DNA of 64,000 nucleotides from a virus (Duplodnaviria > Heunggongvirae > Uroviricota > Caudoviricetes). Of this stretch, positions 1-9,428 are shown in pieces. Each line of letters opens with the position of its first letter. Position 1 is the first letter of the stretch. The stretch lies in IMG/VR virus record IMGVR_UViG_3300021387_001477. One strand, given 5' to 3'. The notes below the pieces were generated by a model that was not told the DNA's origin, searched no databases, and was given only the letters and a program-made list of their open reading frames with translations. Made by a program: the position numbers and the translations under genes.

Positions 1-937
1 TCCTAGCTATCTTTTCAATGTCATCTATGGTTATTCCTTTAGCTCCTGGTATTCTTCCTACAAAAAGCTTAGGACCAGACTCATCCGTAATATCTTCTAT
101 ATAAACCTTTCCGTCCTCCACCAATTTTTTAAACTGTTTCAGCTTTGGAGTAAATATTGCTGTATCTCCCTCGAAAAGTATGCCTTCAGATTTTCCATCA
201 TCTGACATTTTTCTTGAGATCTTATACGAATATATAACCCTGCCTTTACCGGTAGTCCAAAGTCGTTGAAGTTCAGAATTAGCTTTATCAATGAAGATAT
301 CAATATTTGGTTCAAGTAGAGAGGGGTCATTCTTTTTATAAGCAGCAAACATAGATTTTGGTGAGAAGTTCGGGTATTCACTCATAACACCAACACCCAA
401 ACCACTTACCAAACCTCCTTTAAGATACATACATAAAGGAAGTGGAAGAGGTATGTGTATTGGTTCTATTCCACCCTGAGGAGATTCAATCATAGGAACC
501 TCTTTTACAATATCTCCTATGATTCCCCAATATAAGTCACTAAGTCTGTTTTTTGTATACCTAGTTGCTGCATGGGGATTTTCTACTCCATCAATCTGTT
601 TATTTCCAAAGAATCCATGGCCACTAAATATTCCAGAATTAACCAGATTTGCATTAAGTCCCTCACATCCAGTGGTACCATGAGGATGCCACTTAGACAA
701 AGATGCAATCAGATTCATAGTTGGAATATCCTGACCTTTCGGATATTGGAGAGCTGCCCATATTAAGCGTTTATAGGATATTTTCATTCCATCAGCTATA
801 TTTGCAATGGCCCTGAAATTATTTACATATGCTCCAAAATAAGTATAACATTCCTCTGCTATTTGTCCAATTGGTTTTGTTAATTGTTCTGGAGTAGCTT
901 GAGGTAATTCTATTTGTTTTTTCTTCCTAGGCATTAT
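1..937 (-). CDS. DNA topoisomerase II DNA-cleavage subunit (GyrA/ParC/T4 gp52-like), N-terminal part; ORF runs off window start
   Basis: Hand translation of minus strand from ATG at 937-935 gives MPRKKKQIELPQ...RAIANIADGMKISYKRLIWAALQYP...WHPHGTTGCEG (GyrA active-site region and HPHG motif); no stop before position 1, so absent from the complete-ORF track. Confidence 0.8.
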   Translation of the reverse strand, partial: MMPRKKKQIELPQATPEQLTKPIGQIAEECYTYFGAYVNNFRAIANIADGMKISYKRLIWAALQYPKGQDIPTMNLIASLSKWHPHGTTGCEGLNANLVNSGIFSGHGFFGNKQIDGVENPHAATRYTKNRLSDLYWGIIGDIVKEVPMIESPQGGIEPIHIPLPLPLCMYLKGGLVSGLGVGVMSEYPNFSPKSMFAAYKKNDPSLLEPNIDIFIDKANSELQRLWTTGKGRVIYSYKISRKMSDDGKSEGILFEGDTAIFTPKLKQFKKLVEDGKVYIEDITDESGPKLFVGRIPGAKGITIDDIEKIAR

Positions 938-939
938 TA

Positions 940-1187
940 TAAATCTTTAAAATTATATGGATTGCTAAGAATTCCTTTGTCATATAATAGTTTCTTTCTG
1001 GCGTCGATATCTTCTACTAAGTTCATAGCGAAATCAATACCGTCTGTTGTAACTTGAAATAGTCTACGTTTTGATTTATCGTAGAATGCATTATAGACGT
1101 CCTCCCTATCAAGGGAGCCTACCTTGTTGTTTATCTTAGGTCGCCTAATCCTAAGACGAGTTTCCTCCTCATAGTTTCCCATGAGAG
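940..1187 (-). CDS. topoisomerase II large subunit (GyrB/T4 gp39+gp60-like), putative exon 3 (C-terminal tail); 5' boundary approximate
   Basis: ORF 937..1182 (...RRLFQVTTDGIDFAMNLVEDIDARKK) resembles GyrB C-terminal region; preceded by group I intron 3' S-element GAAAATATAGTCT. Confidence 0.45.
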
Positions 1188-1425
1188 CAGACTATATTTT
1201 CATCTTCAGCATTACCTGGTCAGATGTCCTACCTTTCGAACAGTCATTAAGACTTACTGTCCTACTCTCTTTCGAGATAGTCGTTGTAGTTATTTCTAAC
1301 TGCGGATTGTCCCTACTACTTTGCTTGTTACTATTGACTTTATAGTACAAAGTATTTAACAGGAGTTTCCCGCTTTCAATAGGATTATACGGTATATATT
1401 TCTATATACTAGGACTCGCTATGAA
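1188..1425 (-). mobile_element. group I intron 2 of topoisomerase II large-subunit gene (ORF-less); boundaries approximate
   Basis: 5' part GTCCTAGTATATAGAAATATATACCGTATAATCCTATTGAAAGCGGGAAACTCCTG shared with intron 1; 3' part CAACGACTATCTCGAAAGAGAGTAGG ... GAAGATGAAAATATAGTCT (R/S-like P7). Confidence 0.55.
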
Positions 1426-1638
1426 TCCTTTAAATCGTCTAAAATGCTTAGCCGGATTCAGACCTACCGGGAATTGAGTTCCTGGCTGTCTTGGATCGGA
1501 AGGGTAGAAGTATTGTCCACCTTGCTCAAAAATTGGTGATTCGGCTATATAAATTAACCCGAAATCAAGCATAAATCTGGCAAACTTACTGATAGCATAT
1601 AACAACCCGTTTTGGATTGCAAGACCATCTTCATCAGC
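1426..1638 (-). CDS. topoisomerase II large subunit exon 2 (ADEDGLAI...YIAESPIF = GyrB DADVDGSHI...YIAQPPLY block); 3' end approximate
   Basis: Exon1 ends ...IIATD and this exon starts ADEDG, reconstituting the IMTDADxDG motif; exon1 last nt is U and intron last nt is G. Confidence 0.7.
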
Positions 1639-3134
1639 CAATTATGTTTACTTTAGGCCGTCTACTCCTAAAGCGAGAGTATCTCTCCACCTAGTTTCCT
1701 AGCGTGTTCAGACTATATTTTCATCTTCAGCATTACCTGGTCAGATGTCCTATCTTTCGAGTGGCCATAAGACTTGCCGCCCTACTCTCTTTCGAGATAG
1801 TCGTTGAAAGCGCAGTATTATATAAATCTAAATTCTGGTTGAAATTTACTTTTTATTCTGTAGTTTATTGCCTGTCTTTTTAGTCCATAGAATTTTGCAC
1901 ATTCTGTTATAGATCCAAAAATTTTCCCTTCAGCATATACTTGTTTTCTTAGTTTTTTCCTAGTACTTGGGTTATTCATGTTATCAACTCTAGTACATAT
2001 TCTAAGATTTGTTACGCGATTGTTTAATGGGTCAGTGTCTATGTGGTCTACCTGAAGATCGCTGCTCAGAGGCTGATTGTTATTTAGGAATACTTCAGCC
2101 ACTAGTCTATGAACTGGTAGCTTAGAGAGATATTGTCTATATCCGTTTTTCTTGCTTCCAAGAGTTATTCCTCGTTTTCCATTAATTATTCCTAATGGAT
2201 GAACTGAGAAGTTTCCGGAATAGTGTTGTACCCACAGAGAGCTGTCAATAGTCTCACCATCTAGCAGGTAATTTTCTAGTTCAACATCTACTATTTTCCA
2301 ATATCTTCCTCTATACCTCTTCCCGGCCTTAGCTTGATCACATAATGGATGTTTCATTAAATCGCTATTATATAATTCTTCTTCCGTATACGAAACATCA
2401 AACTTTGTAAGTTCTTTATCAAAATATGCTTCATATCTGTGATTTTTTACATATTTTGGTATTGATTTGTTTGAATTGTTTTCCTTAACGGTTACCCACC
2501 TTAGATTACTTAAAGAATAATCTAAAATGTTTCTATTTATATGATCGATTGACGTTTTTGTTTCTGGACAGTCCACTGGGATAAATAACTTTGCTAACAT
2601 TCTATGAATCATCACTTTTTTATCCTTAGTATAAGATCCAGTCGGAATTGAATACATAGGATAACCAGATTTATTAAATAATATGGTTTTGTATTGTGTT
2701 CCTTGTTTCCCCTGCTTTATAAATTCTCCTTTTCGATTAATTAGAAAAGCATTTACAACATTCATCTCAGGGTACAGGTACTTTTTTATATCGAACCACT
2801 CTTGATTAATATCATCATAGAAATAGTCCATCACTTCTCCACTTGTGGTGTTCCAACATAAAACTTCGTTTTTTATTTTTATAACTTGATATCCTACTTG
2901 ATCAACTCCTTCTCTGAATGGGATTGAGTTTTCAATAAGGAATTCTCTAGTTATTGTTTTCATTATGTCATGTCTTATCATAAGTATACTTATTTTAAAT
3001 ACTGCGCTTGCGGATTGTCCTTACTATATGAGTTTTTACTGTCAACCCAGTATCATATATTTAACAGGAGTTCCCCGCTTTTAATAGGATTATACGGTAT
3101 ATATTTCTATATACTAGGACAACTGTTACATTTT
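1639..3134 (-). mobile_element. group I intron 1 of topoisomerase II large-subunit gene, carrying an HNH homing-endonuclease ORF
   Basis: Interrupts IMTDADVDG motif; conserved intron 5' module repeated at 3055-3120 and 1350-1420; 3' R/S-like elements at 1700-1810; splice junction gaU|...G|gct. Confidence 0.7.
1818..2981 (-). CDS. HNH homing endonuclease (intron-encoded), paralog of 10386..11894
   Basis: HNH motif (HRLVAEVF...; DHIDTD...N) plus second HNH-like block HINRNILDYSLSNLRWVTVKEN; lies inside intron. Confidence 0.7.
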   Translation of the reverse strand: MIRHDIMKTITREFLIENSIPFREGVDQVGYQVIKIKNEVLCWNTTSGEVMDYFYDDINQEWFDIKKYLYPEMNVVNAFLINRKGEFIKQGKQGTQYKTILFNKSGYPMYSIPTGSYTKDKKVMIHRMLAKLFIPVDCPETKTSIDHINRNILDYSLSNLRWVTVKENNSNKSIPKYVKNHRYEAYFDKELTKFDVSYTEEELYNSDLMKHPLCDQAKAGKRYRGRYWKIVDVELENYLLDGETIDSSLWVQHYSGNFSVHPLGIINGKRGITLGSKKNGYRQYLSKLPVHRLVAEVFLNNNQPLSSDLQVDHIDTDPLNNRVTNLRICTRVDNMNNPSTRKKLRKQVYAEGKIFGSITECAKFYGLKRQAINYRIKSKFQPEFRFI

Positions 3135-4799
3135 ATCCGTTGCTATAATCACTTTGCCAAATCTTGAATATCGTTTAATTTTTTCATATGCCTCTTCAGG
3201 ACTACTACACCCAGTGGTTACGTTGTTTACGTCAATTCCAAGTCCGATGACTCTGAATATAGTAAACAATTCTCTATTATCCATCATAGAATCAGCTGTA
3301 TCAGAAACTACATTCTTGACACGGCCTCTTAAAGGAATGACAGCCGTATACTTCGTACTCTTTCGTGCAGCCTTTAGAGAACCACCAGGAGATAGACCTT
3401 CAACTATAAATGCCTCACAGTCCCATCTTTCTCCAGGTCCGGCAGTTGCATCACTAAGTCCCTCAATCATCTCGGTCTTAGCTTTGTATACTCCACGACC
3501 AGCCGCTTCATCCATAATCCTCTGAGCTTTATCTGCAGCTCCTAAATTTTTCATAGAGTCCGCTAGATAGTTAAGTCTATCTACATGTGCATCCCAATAA
3601 TCTGGATTCTTCTTAAATATCTTCTGGAATTCTTTTACAATTGGATCAAAGTCTGACTGTTTAACTTTGGCGAAATTCTTTAGCTTCTCTTTTGTTTGGC
3701 TATTGAATACTGTTTCTGCCGCTAAAGCTACAACACACATCTTTAGTCCATTGGTTACGTACCTGTGTTTAATTCCATAGGTTTCACGAAGAGCCCTAAT
3801 GAAACAGTCCTCTACATAATTGATATGAACACCAGAGTCTACTACGAGCGAATTTACAGATCCACAATATTCCTTCGGGCTTAACTCTTCATCGACTCCA
3901 AAAGATACAAACAAGTCAATATATTCATTCATGCTAGTATCTTCTGGAATGATTCTCTTCATAAATTCAAACCCATAGCCAACAAACCCAGACCCCAAGA
4001 GCTCCTTTCCCTCAACTTCAATTCTTGCCTTTCTCTTATAAAATTTTTCTAAGATAAGTAAGAAATATTGAAGATTTTGAATAGGAACTGCCATCTTTTT
4101 GATAACAGCTGGTTCATAGATTTCGGGATCTGGTTTAAAAAGAATTATGGTTGACATACCACTAGGAAGCTGTTTTTCAAACTTTTTACCAAATGCTGCT
4201 TTTTCAAGATCAGCTTTCTTCATGGCTCCCTCATAGTATTTATATCCTTTCTTATACCAAACTATATAAAACAGATCTTTCTTACTCCTAGGTCCTGCAT
4301 TATTCCAGAGGTCATATACTGCTTTTGTAGATTTATCCCAGTTAAGAGGAGTAATTCTAGACATTAGTATATAATCTTCAGAAACTGCATTAACAGCACT
4401 AGAGCCAACACCATTCATTCCAACGGTTGCTACTTTACTGTCTGAAAATTTGGAACCAGAGTGAAGGGTACTTATAGATAGGTCCGCTTGAATAATTGGA
4501 GCTCCATCTTCCCCAATCTCTGATGAAGGGTATATTGGAATACCGCGCCCATCATCTGCAACCATAGCATAACCGTTCATATATCTATCAATGATTATAT
4601 TTTGGGCAGAATGATAGCACTCATCAACAGAGTTATCAATTATTTCTCTCAAAAGTGTATCACAGCTGTCAGTTCCCGAAAGATACATTCCGATACGCTG
4701 ACGTATAGCCTGTGGAAACTTTAAGAGTTTAATCTCATCTGGATTTTCTAAATTATTAAATTCATCATTCATATTATTATAAATTAAATTAATATTCAA
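3135..4799 (-). CDS. topoisomerase II large subunit exon 1: GHKL ATPase + TOPRIM (GyrB/T4 gp39-like)
   Basis: MNGVGSSAVNAVS (GyrB GLHGVG region), EGLSPGGS (TOPRIM EGDSAGGS), ends ...IIATD at splice site; in-frame stop 2 codons into intron. Confidence 0.85.
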
Positions 4800-4879
4800 A
4801 AATCTGAGAGAACACTTTTAATATTCCCTCAGATATAAGAAAATAACCTTCTTGGAAGAGCAAAAAAAAAGAATAGGGA

Positions 4880-5473
4880 TTATACTCCCCATTCTTCTGA
4901 TAATTCATATAAATCTACGACACTATCCCAACTCCCTCCGATTAGGCTTGGAGAGTGTGTTGCTATAATAACTTGGCCTGGATATTTACCTTCTGCCAAT
5001 ATCTTTTGAATGATATTTTGTACTCCTATATGTACATGAGTTTCTGGAAGATCAAAAAGCAATACTCCAGGAAAACAAGATAGATAATGAAGTACAAGAA
5101 GGGCATTATATTCACCAGGAGATGGAGGAAATCCCGTCTTCTTCTCAAGTGCTCCATTCTTTTCTATCCACTTATGCTCTAGGTAATCGTCATCAAAAGC
5201 CTCAGGAAATTTATTTAAAATATCTGAGGAAATTGGAACATTTTTATATGGATCTAAGAAATCACAGTAAAAGAATTTCTCTGGCTTATTATTTTTCCAT
5301 GTAAGCTCTAATTCCATTCCCTCGTCTGGACCATATGCTAAGGACCGAAGTAGGTGAGTTTTTCCATATCCATTCGGCCCAGTTACGAATGTCACTTTTC
5401 CTGGGAGCTTTATGTTTAGCTCTTTATCACCATAAATTAATGATTTCTTTATCTTTATCTTTTCTAGTTTCAT
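4880..5473 (-). CDS. small P-loop ATPase (ABC/RecF-like, AAA_21-type)
   Basis: Walker A GPNGYGKTHLL, Walker B LLFDLPE, ATHSP. Confidence 0.55.
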   Translation of the reverse strand: MKLEKIKIKKSLIYGDKELNIKLPGKVTFVTGPNGYGKTHLLRSLAYGPDEGMELELTWKNNKPEKFFYCDFLDPYKNVPISSDILNKFPEAFDDDYLEHKWIEKNGALEKKTGFPPSPGEYNALLVLHYLSCFPGVLLFDLPETHVHIGVQNIIQKILAEGKYPGQVIIATHSPSLIGGSWDSVVDLYELSEEWGV

Positions 5474-5480
5474 ATCTCGA

Positions 5481-5650
5481 AAAATAAAGGGAGGAACTTA
5501 ATCCTCCCTAAGGGTGCGGCAAATCCACTGGCGTACATCTGGGCCTGAATAGTACCGGCGTGGCTGCGGGCGGTGGTGTATAACCAGGGCCAAGCGTCTT
5601 CGGGTGCCGGTTTTGCGCAAAGGTTGGGGTAGGGCCACAACGCCATGTCG
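5481..5650 (-). ncRNA. candidate small RNA or structured attenuator leader: GC-rich ~170-nt promoter-to-terminator unit
   Basis: Promoter core CATATATAAGG (5657-5667, minus orientation) then atypically GC-rich segment, ending in hairpin GGGAGGAACTTAATCCTCCC + T-run immediately before ATG of 4880..5473; only R/P-rich spurious ORFs. Confidence 0.4.
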
Positions 5651-5670
5651 CATCCTCATATATAAGGATT

Positions 5671-6171
5671 TCAGGGGTTTTGAATTTCCTGGCACTCTTT
5701 ATATCCATATCCTTTTCTTAGAATATTGAGTGGGATTTGCTTTAAATATCCCACAAAATATATTATAGAAAATATTTCAAATATCTGAGGAATTTCTACT
5801 AGCGGTTTCCATTTTGAACCCTCCCCAAGCTTTGCAGAAAAATCTAAAAGGCTTCGTTCTATTCGTTCACAGTTGGTCCGAGTATTGTATATATACTTAC
5901 TATCGGTTGTTATATGTGGCACACTTTCCATTTCATATTCGAGTTTTATACACCGCTCTTCTACTAGTTCTGTAACTAAATAGAATTCTCCGGCTCCATT
6001 TTTAAAGTCTTCTAAAATATCTGGGCATATTTGGAGAATAGAGGGTAAGTACAGTAGATCAATTTCTATAAGATATCCCTCAGTATACTCTACTATCCCT
6101 AGAGAGATTTTAAATGCCCACATATCTACTTTGTTAGAGATTATTCTTAATGATCTTATTTTAATCATCAC
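5671..6171 (-). CDS. hypothetical protein
   Basis: 166-aa ORF, typical AT-rich codon usage. Confidence 0.5.
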   Translation of the reverse strand: MMIKIRSLRIISNKVDMWAFKISLGIVEYTEGYLIEIDLLYLPSILQICPDILEDFKNGAGEFYLVTELVEERCIKLEYEMESVPHITTDSKYIYNTRTNCERIERSLLDFSAKLGEGSKWKPLVEIPQIFEIFSIIYFVGYLKQIPLNILRKGYGYKECQEIQNP

Positions 6172-6192
6172 TTATAAGAAAAGAAAGGGGAC

Positions 6193-6402
6193 CTATAGTC
6201 CCCTGGTTATGTCATAGGTATTCCATGGAGTTCGAATTATTCTCCATGAGTCCCTATAACTATTAATAACACCGATAACAACACTTGATCTTTCTTTTCT
6301 TGGAATTAATAATACTCCAAGAAGCCCTATTGTATATTCCAGTAAAAAACATACCGGCCACATAATTATACAATAGGCAAGTTTAAAAATATTTTTTATC
6401 AT
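6193..6402 (-). CDS. small membrane protein (start corrected to internal Met; tracked ORF start overlaps promoter motif)
   Basis: ORF 6193..6432 begins ATGCCTTATATATG which is the promoter core; hydrophobic 69-aa product from MIKNIF. Confidence 0.45.
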   Translation of the reverse strand: MIKNIFKLAYCIIMWPVCFLLEYTIGLLGVLLIPRKERSSVVIGVINSYRDSWRIIRTPWNTYDITRGL

Positions 6403-6418
6403 AGCTTTGTTGTTTATA

Positions 6419-6429
6419 CATATATAAGG
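6419..6429 (-). promoter_or_regulatory. conserved phage promoter core CCTTATATATG (minus orientation)
   Basis: Motif plus upstream TTTTTTTTCCGTCTCATA element; preceded by hairpin terminator of upstream gene. Confidence 0.55.
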
Positions 6430-6638
6430 CAATGAAAAGATATGAGACGGAAAAAAAAATAAGAGGGCTTATATAATACCCTCCTCAAACATAAATAAAG
6501 CCTTTCATAGATAAAAAAAAAGACTTCTCGCTGGATCACTCGTTTATCACAGGCACTTCTCTCTTCATCATAATCTCTCTCCTCTGTCCTGCTTCGGTTC
6601 CATTCCACACGAAGTCTTATAATATTTATATTTCTTTA

Positions 6639-6649
6639 CATATATAAGG
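6639..6649 (-). promoter_or_regulatory. conserved promoter core (minus orientation)
   Basis: ACATATATAAGGG + GACGGAAAAAAAAA + hairpin AGGGCTAACGTAGCCCT (terminator-promoter cassette). Confidence 0.5.
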
Positions 6650-6692
6650 GTTTGAAGGAATTATAGACGGAAAAAAAAAGAAAGGGCTAACG

Positions 6693-6863
6693 TAGCCCTA
6701 ATCTTTTAAGCTCTAAATATAAATTCAAGCCCACTTCTAAATCTATCACTTGATCATAGTCAGGACAGGTACAACAACCGACCATTCCTTTATAGTCTGG
6801 CATCCCATCCTCAAAAATTTTTTCTGTAGGGTTTATTCTGCTTTTGTAATATCCACAGTCCAT
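6693..6863 (-). CDS. small Cys-rich protein (56 aa, below ORF-track cutoff)
   Basis: Hand translation MDCGYYKSRINPTEKIFEDGMPDYKGMVGCCTCPDYDQVIDLEV...; follows promoter at ~6945. Confidence 0.35.
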
Positions 6864-7249
6864 ACTATTTTGGTTTTAGTGTGTGTTAAACAAAAAACGT
6901 AAGAGTCTTAACCAAATTTTTCTCTCTAGGTATTCTCTTACAATAATAAGGGTTTGGGGGATTATGAGCGGTAAAAAATCTAGCACCATATAAATAATAA
7001 AAAATAGAAAAGATCGTAGTTGTCTTCTCTATTTCTTTCTTCGTAAAAAATAACCACCGCCTATACTTTTGGCAGTGGTTTAAGTTTCTACTCCTTATGG
7101 TACACTCACTTTTTCTTACGTATAAGATATTCCAGCATGTTAACTGGGATAAGCTGCTTGGCCAATAATACAGCTTTCTTATTATAAGGTGGTTCCATCT
7201 CTCAGGAAGTAGAGTTAGTTTTGTTAAATTTTCGAAAGATTTTTTATTA

Positions 7250-7260
7250 CATATATAAGG
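7250..7260 (-). promoter_or_regulatory. conserved promoter core (minus orientation) for 6886-7240 small gene(s)
   Basis: ACATATATAAGGG + GACGGAATAAAAAAA + hairpin. Confidence 0.45.
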
Positions 7261-7298
7261 GTTTAAAGGAATTATAGACGGAATAAAAAAAGAGGACA

Positions 7299-7850
7299 TC
7301 AATCCTCTTTCCTCTCAATTTTAAGACCCCAAGGAGATTCTTTACTTGGAACTAACAGAGACGTCTTCTTTTCAGAAAATTTAAGTCCCTTACTTGCAAG
7401 CTGATTCTTAAGGAATTCGAAGGTCTTCTTTCCAATTAAATAATAACCGCAGTTAGACCAGTTATCAACGAACATTTTATATTGTTCCTCTGTTAAGCTT
7501 AATAGGTCAGATACAGTACGAATCCCAGTATCCCCTCCTCTAAGAAAGTTTAACAATCTCGCTCTGGTATTCTTATCTCCTCTAGTTACTAGAGGCAAGT
7601 TGAGAAGAAAAACATCAACTCCCCTAGTCTTCCAATACTCTTGTTCTGCTTCAGATATATTTTCCGGATTCAAGATATCATTAAACTTATCACTTTGTTT
7701 CACTCTCTCCTCTATCTCAGATATCATTACAAGTTTGGTTTGTAGTTTTCTTAAGAACTCTTCGTCCAGCTTTTTTCTCTTATCCAAGAACCTATCTTCT
7801 AGCTCTTGTCTCTTTTTTAAATAGTCTTCTAAAATCTCTTTTTCGTTCAT
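7299..7850 (-). CDS. hypothetical coiled-coil protein
   Basis: 183-aa ORF with promoter CTATATATAAGG at 7872-7882. Confidence 0.5.
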   Translation of the reverse strand: MNEKEILEDYLKKRQELEDRFLDKRKKLDEEFLRKLQTKLVMISEIEERVKQSDKFNDILNPENISEAEQEYWKTRGVDVFLLNLPLVTRGDKNTRARLLNFLRGGDTGIRTVSDLLSLTEEQYKMFVDNWSNCGYYLIGKKTFEFLKNQLASKGLKFSEKKTSLLVPSKESPWGLKIERKED

Positions 7851-8028
7851 ATCATTTTGTTTTAATTGTTTCTATATATAAGGCAATAGGTAGATCTGGG
7901 ACGGTAAAGAGAGAGAGCCCACCAATTGACTCCCCCCTAGGCGAGGAGTCTATTCCACTGCCTAATCAAATCGGTAATGTGACTCTTTAGTAAAGACTCC
8001 CGGGCTTTGTTTTTTTTTTCTTAAAATT

Positions 8029-8039
8029 CTTATATATAG
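8029..8039 (+). promoter_or_regulatory. conserved promoter core (plus orientation)
   Basis: CTTATATATAG 21 nt upstream of ATG 8060, no SD. Confidence 0.5.
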
Positions 8040-8059
8040 AAACTAAAGTTAAAATAACA

Positions 8060-8674
8060 ATGATGACGCAGAAAGAAGCTATAGATGAATTGATCCTAAA
8101 GGTTGATTATCTCTTAGACGAAATCGAACAACATGAAAAATTTGAAGACGAAGAACAAGGAGAGTTTCAAATCATGGCCTACGAAGAAAACAAAAAGAGG
8201 GTTGAAGCTTATCTTGTAACTCTAGGTGCACTGGATCCATCCTTATCTACTATTGAAGGATTGCGAGCTAGATGTAGTCAGGTTAAAGAGGAGAGATATG
8301 GTTCTTCTGATGCCTTTAAACAACCGGAACCCAATGATATAGAGAAGGAGCTGGCTGAAATTCTAACTCCATGGTATAAGGAGGAGGTTAAGAATAATGG
8401 CGGCTACGGAACACAGTTGGATTTAGAGACTGATGAAAACGCAATCCTCGCCAAAATTTATATGGAGAAAGGAGAAAAGCAGGTGGTTATTGGTAATGAA
8501 CCGGATGACGTAGACGAGCCGTGCGATTCTGATACTTTTGCATTCTATCCGTATCGAGGGAGAGTCCAGGTGATCTATAATGAATATGCTGACGGAGACT
8601 TTTATAGCTATCCGATAGAGTTCCAAGAAAAGGCGCTTGAAATTATTAAGAAAAAATTAAAAGAGGGGAAATAA
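8060..8674 (+). CDS. hypothetical acidic protein
   Basis: 204-aa ORF. Confidence 0.5.
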   Translation: MMTQKEAIDELILKVDYLLDEIEQHEKFEDEEQGEFQIMAYEENKKRVEAYLVTLGALDPSLSTIEGLRARCSQVKEERYGSSDAFKQPEPNDIEKELAEILTPWYKEEVKNNGGYGTQLDLETDENAILAKIYMEKGEKQVVIGNEPDDVDEPCDSDTFAFYPYRGRVQVIYNEYADGDFYSYPIEFQEKALEIIKKKLKEGK

Positions 8675-8742
8675 TCCTCTCTTTCTTTTGTCTTCTGGTA
8701 AAAAAAAGAAGACTGTATGATTCAATCTTCTTTGTTTCTAAT

Positions 8743-9363
8743 TTACATCCAAGAGTAAGTTCCCGTTTCTCTACGTTTATAATTGTAGAAAGTCTGAGCA
8801 CATCTATCCATATCACCAGTTCTGTAATTATTTAATCTATTCCAATCCCATGCATTAGATTGAATAAAGTACATGATGGCGGCATTTCGTTTTATACCAA
8901 TATCATTGATGTCAGTGAATCTGTCGTCATACCATCTCCTTTCTAAGTAATGATATAAAAGACCTGATACACGATGTATTCCATGACCATATAGTGCTCC
9001 CTTTATAGACATATCAAATTCAGAGATATCCCATATACTTACTTCAGGATCTACCCGAAGTGGCCAATTATGCCTCAGCATGTTGAAATATTGATTATAA
9101 TGATAATTATATAAGTTCTCAAGACGCTGCTCTTCTTTTCTCTGCTCCTCTTGAATTGCTCTTTGTCGTTCGGCTTCTATTCTTTCAGCCTCTCTTCTCT
9201 TTCTCCTTTCTTCGCGCTCTTTTTCCTTCTTTTCCATCCATGCGCAAAGTTTTGGATTCTTTTTTAGTATTGATCTTCCTGATTTTGTTGCTCCAAGAAA
9301 AACCAAAGTCCCAGATACTAAAATAGTAGTACCAAGACTAATTATTTTTGTTGACGTTTTCAT
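8743..9363 (-). CDS. hypothetical membrane-anchored/secreted coiled-coil protein
   Basis: N-terminal hydrophobic segment, EKEREERRKRREAERIEAERQR coiled coil; promoter 9381-9391. Confidence 0.5.
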   Translation of the reverse strand: MKTSTKIISLGTTILVSGTLVFLGATKSGRSILKKNPKLCAWMEKKEKEREERRKRREAERIEAERQRAIQEEQRKEEQRLENLYNYHYNQYFNMLRHNWPLRVDPEVSIWDISEFDMSIKGALYGHGIHRVSGLLYHYLERRWYDDRFTDINDIGIKRNAAIMYFIQSNAWDWNRLNNYRTGDMDRCAQTFYNYKRRETGTYSWM

Positions 9364-9428
9364 AACTTTTTTTCTTTAATCATATATAAGGCAATGGAAA
9401 GATATAAGACGGAAAAAAGAGGTGGATT

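Noticed and set aside
5498-5708. Two overlapping 65/66-aa ORFs (Arg/Pro-rich) in the GC-rich segment
   Set aside because: Composition-driven spurious ORFs inside a noncoding GC island flanked by promoter and terminator; no start context
6403-6432. 5' extension of ORF 6193..6432 (MPYICINNKA...) and similarly 62197..62625
   Set aside because: The first codons ATGCCTTATATATG are the promoter core itself; start moved to the internal Met
6886-7302. 138-aa minus-strand ORF
   Set aside because: Reads through two terminator-promoter cassettes and contains promoter motifs; the real content is one or more much smaller genes such as 6693..6863
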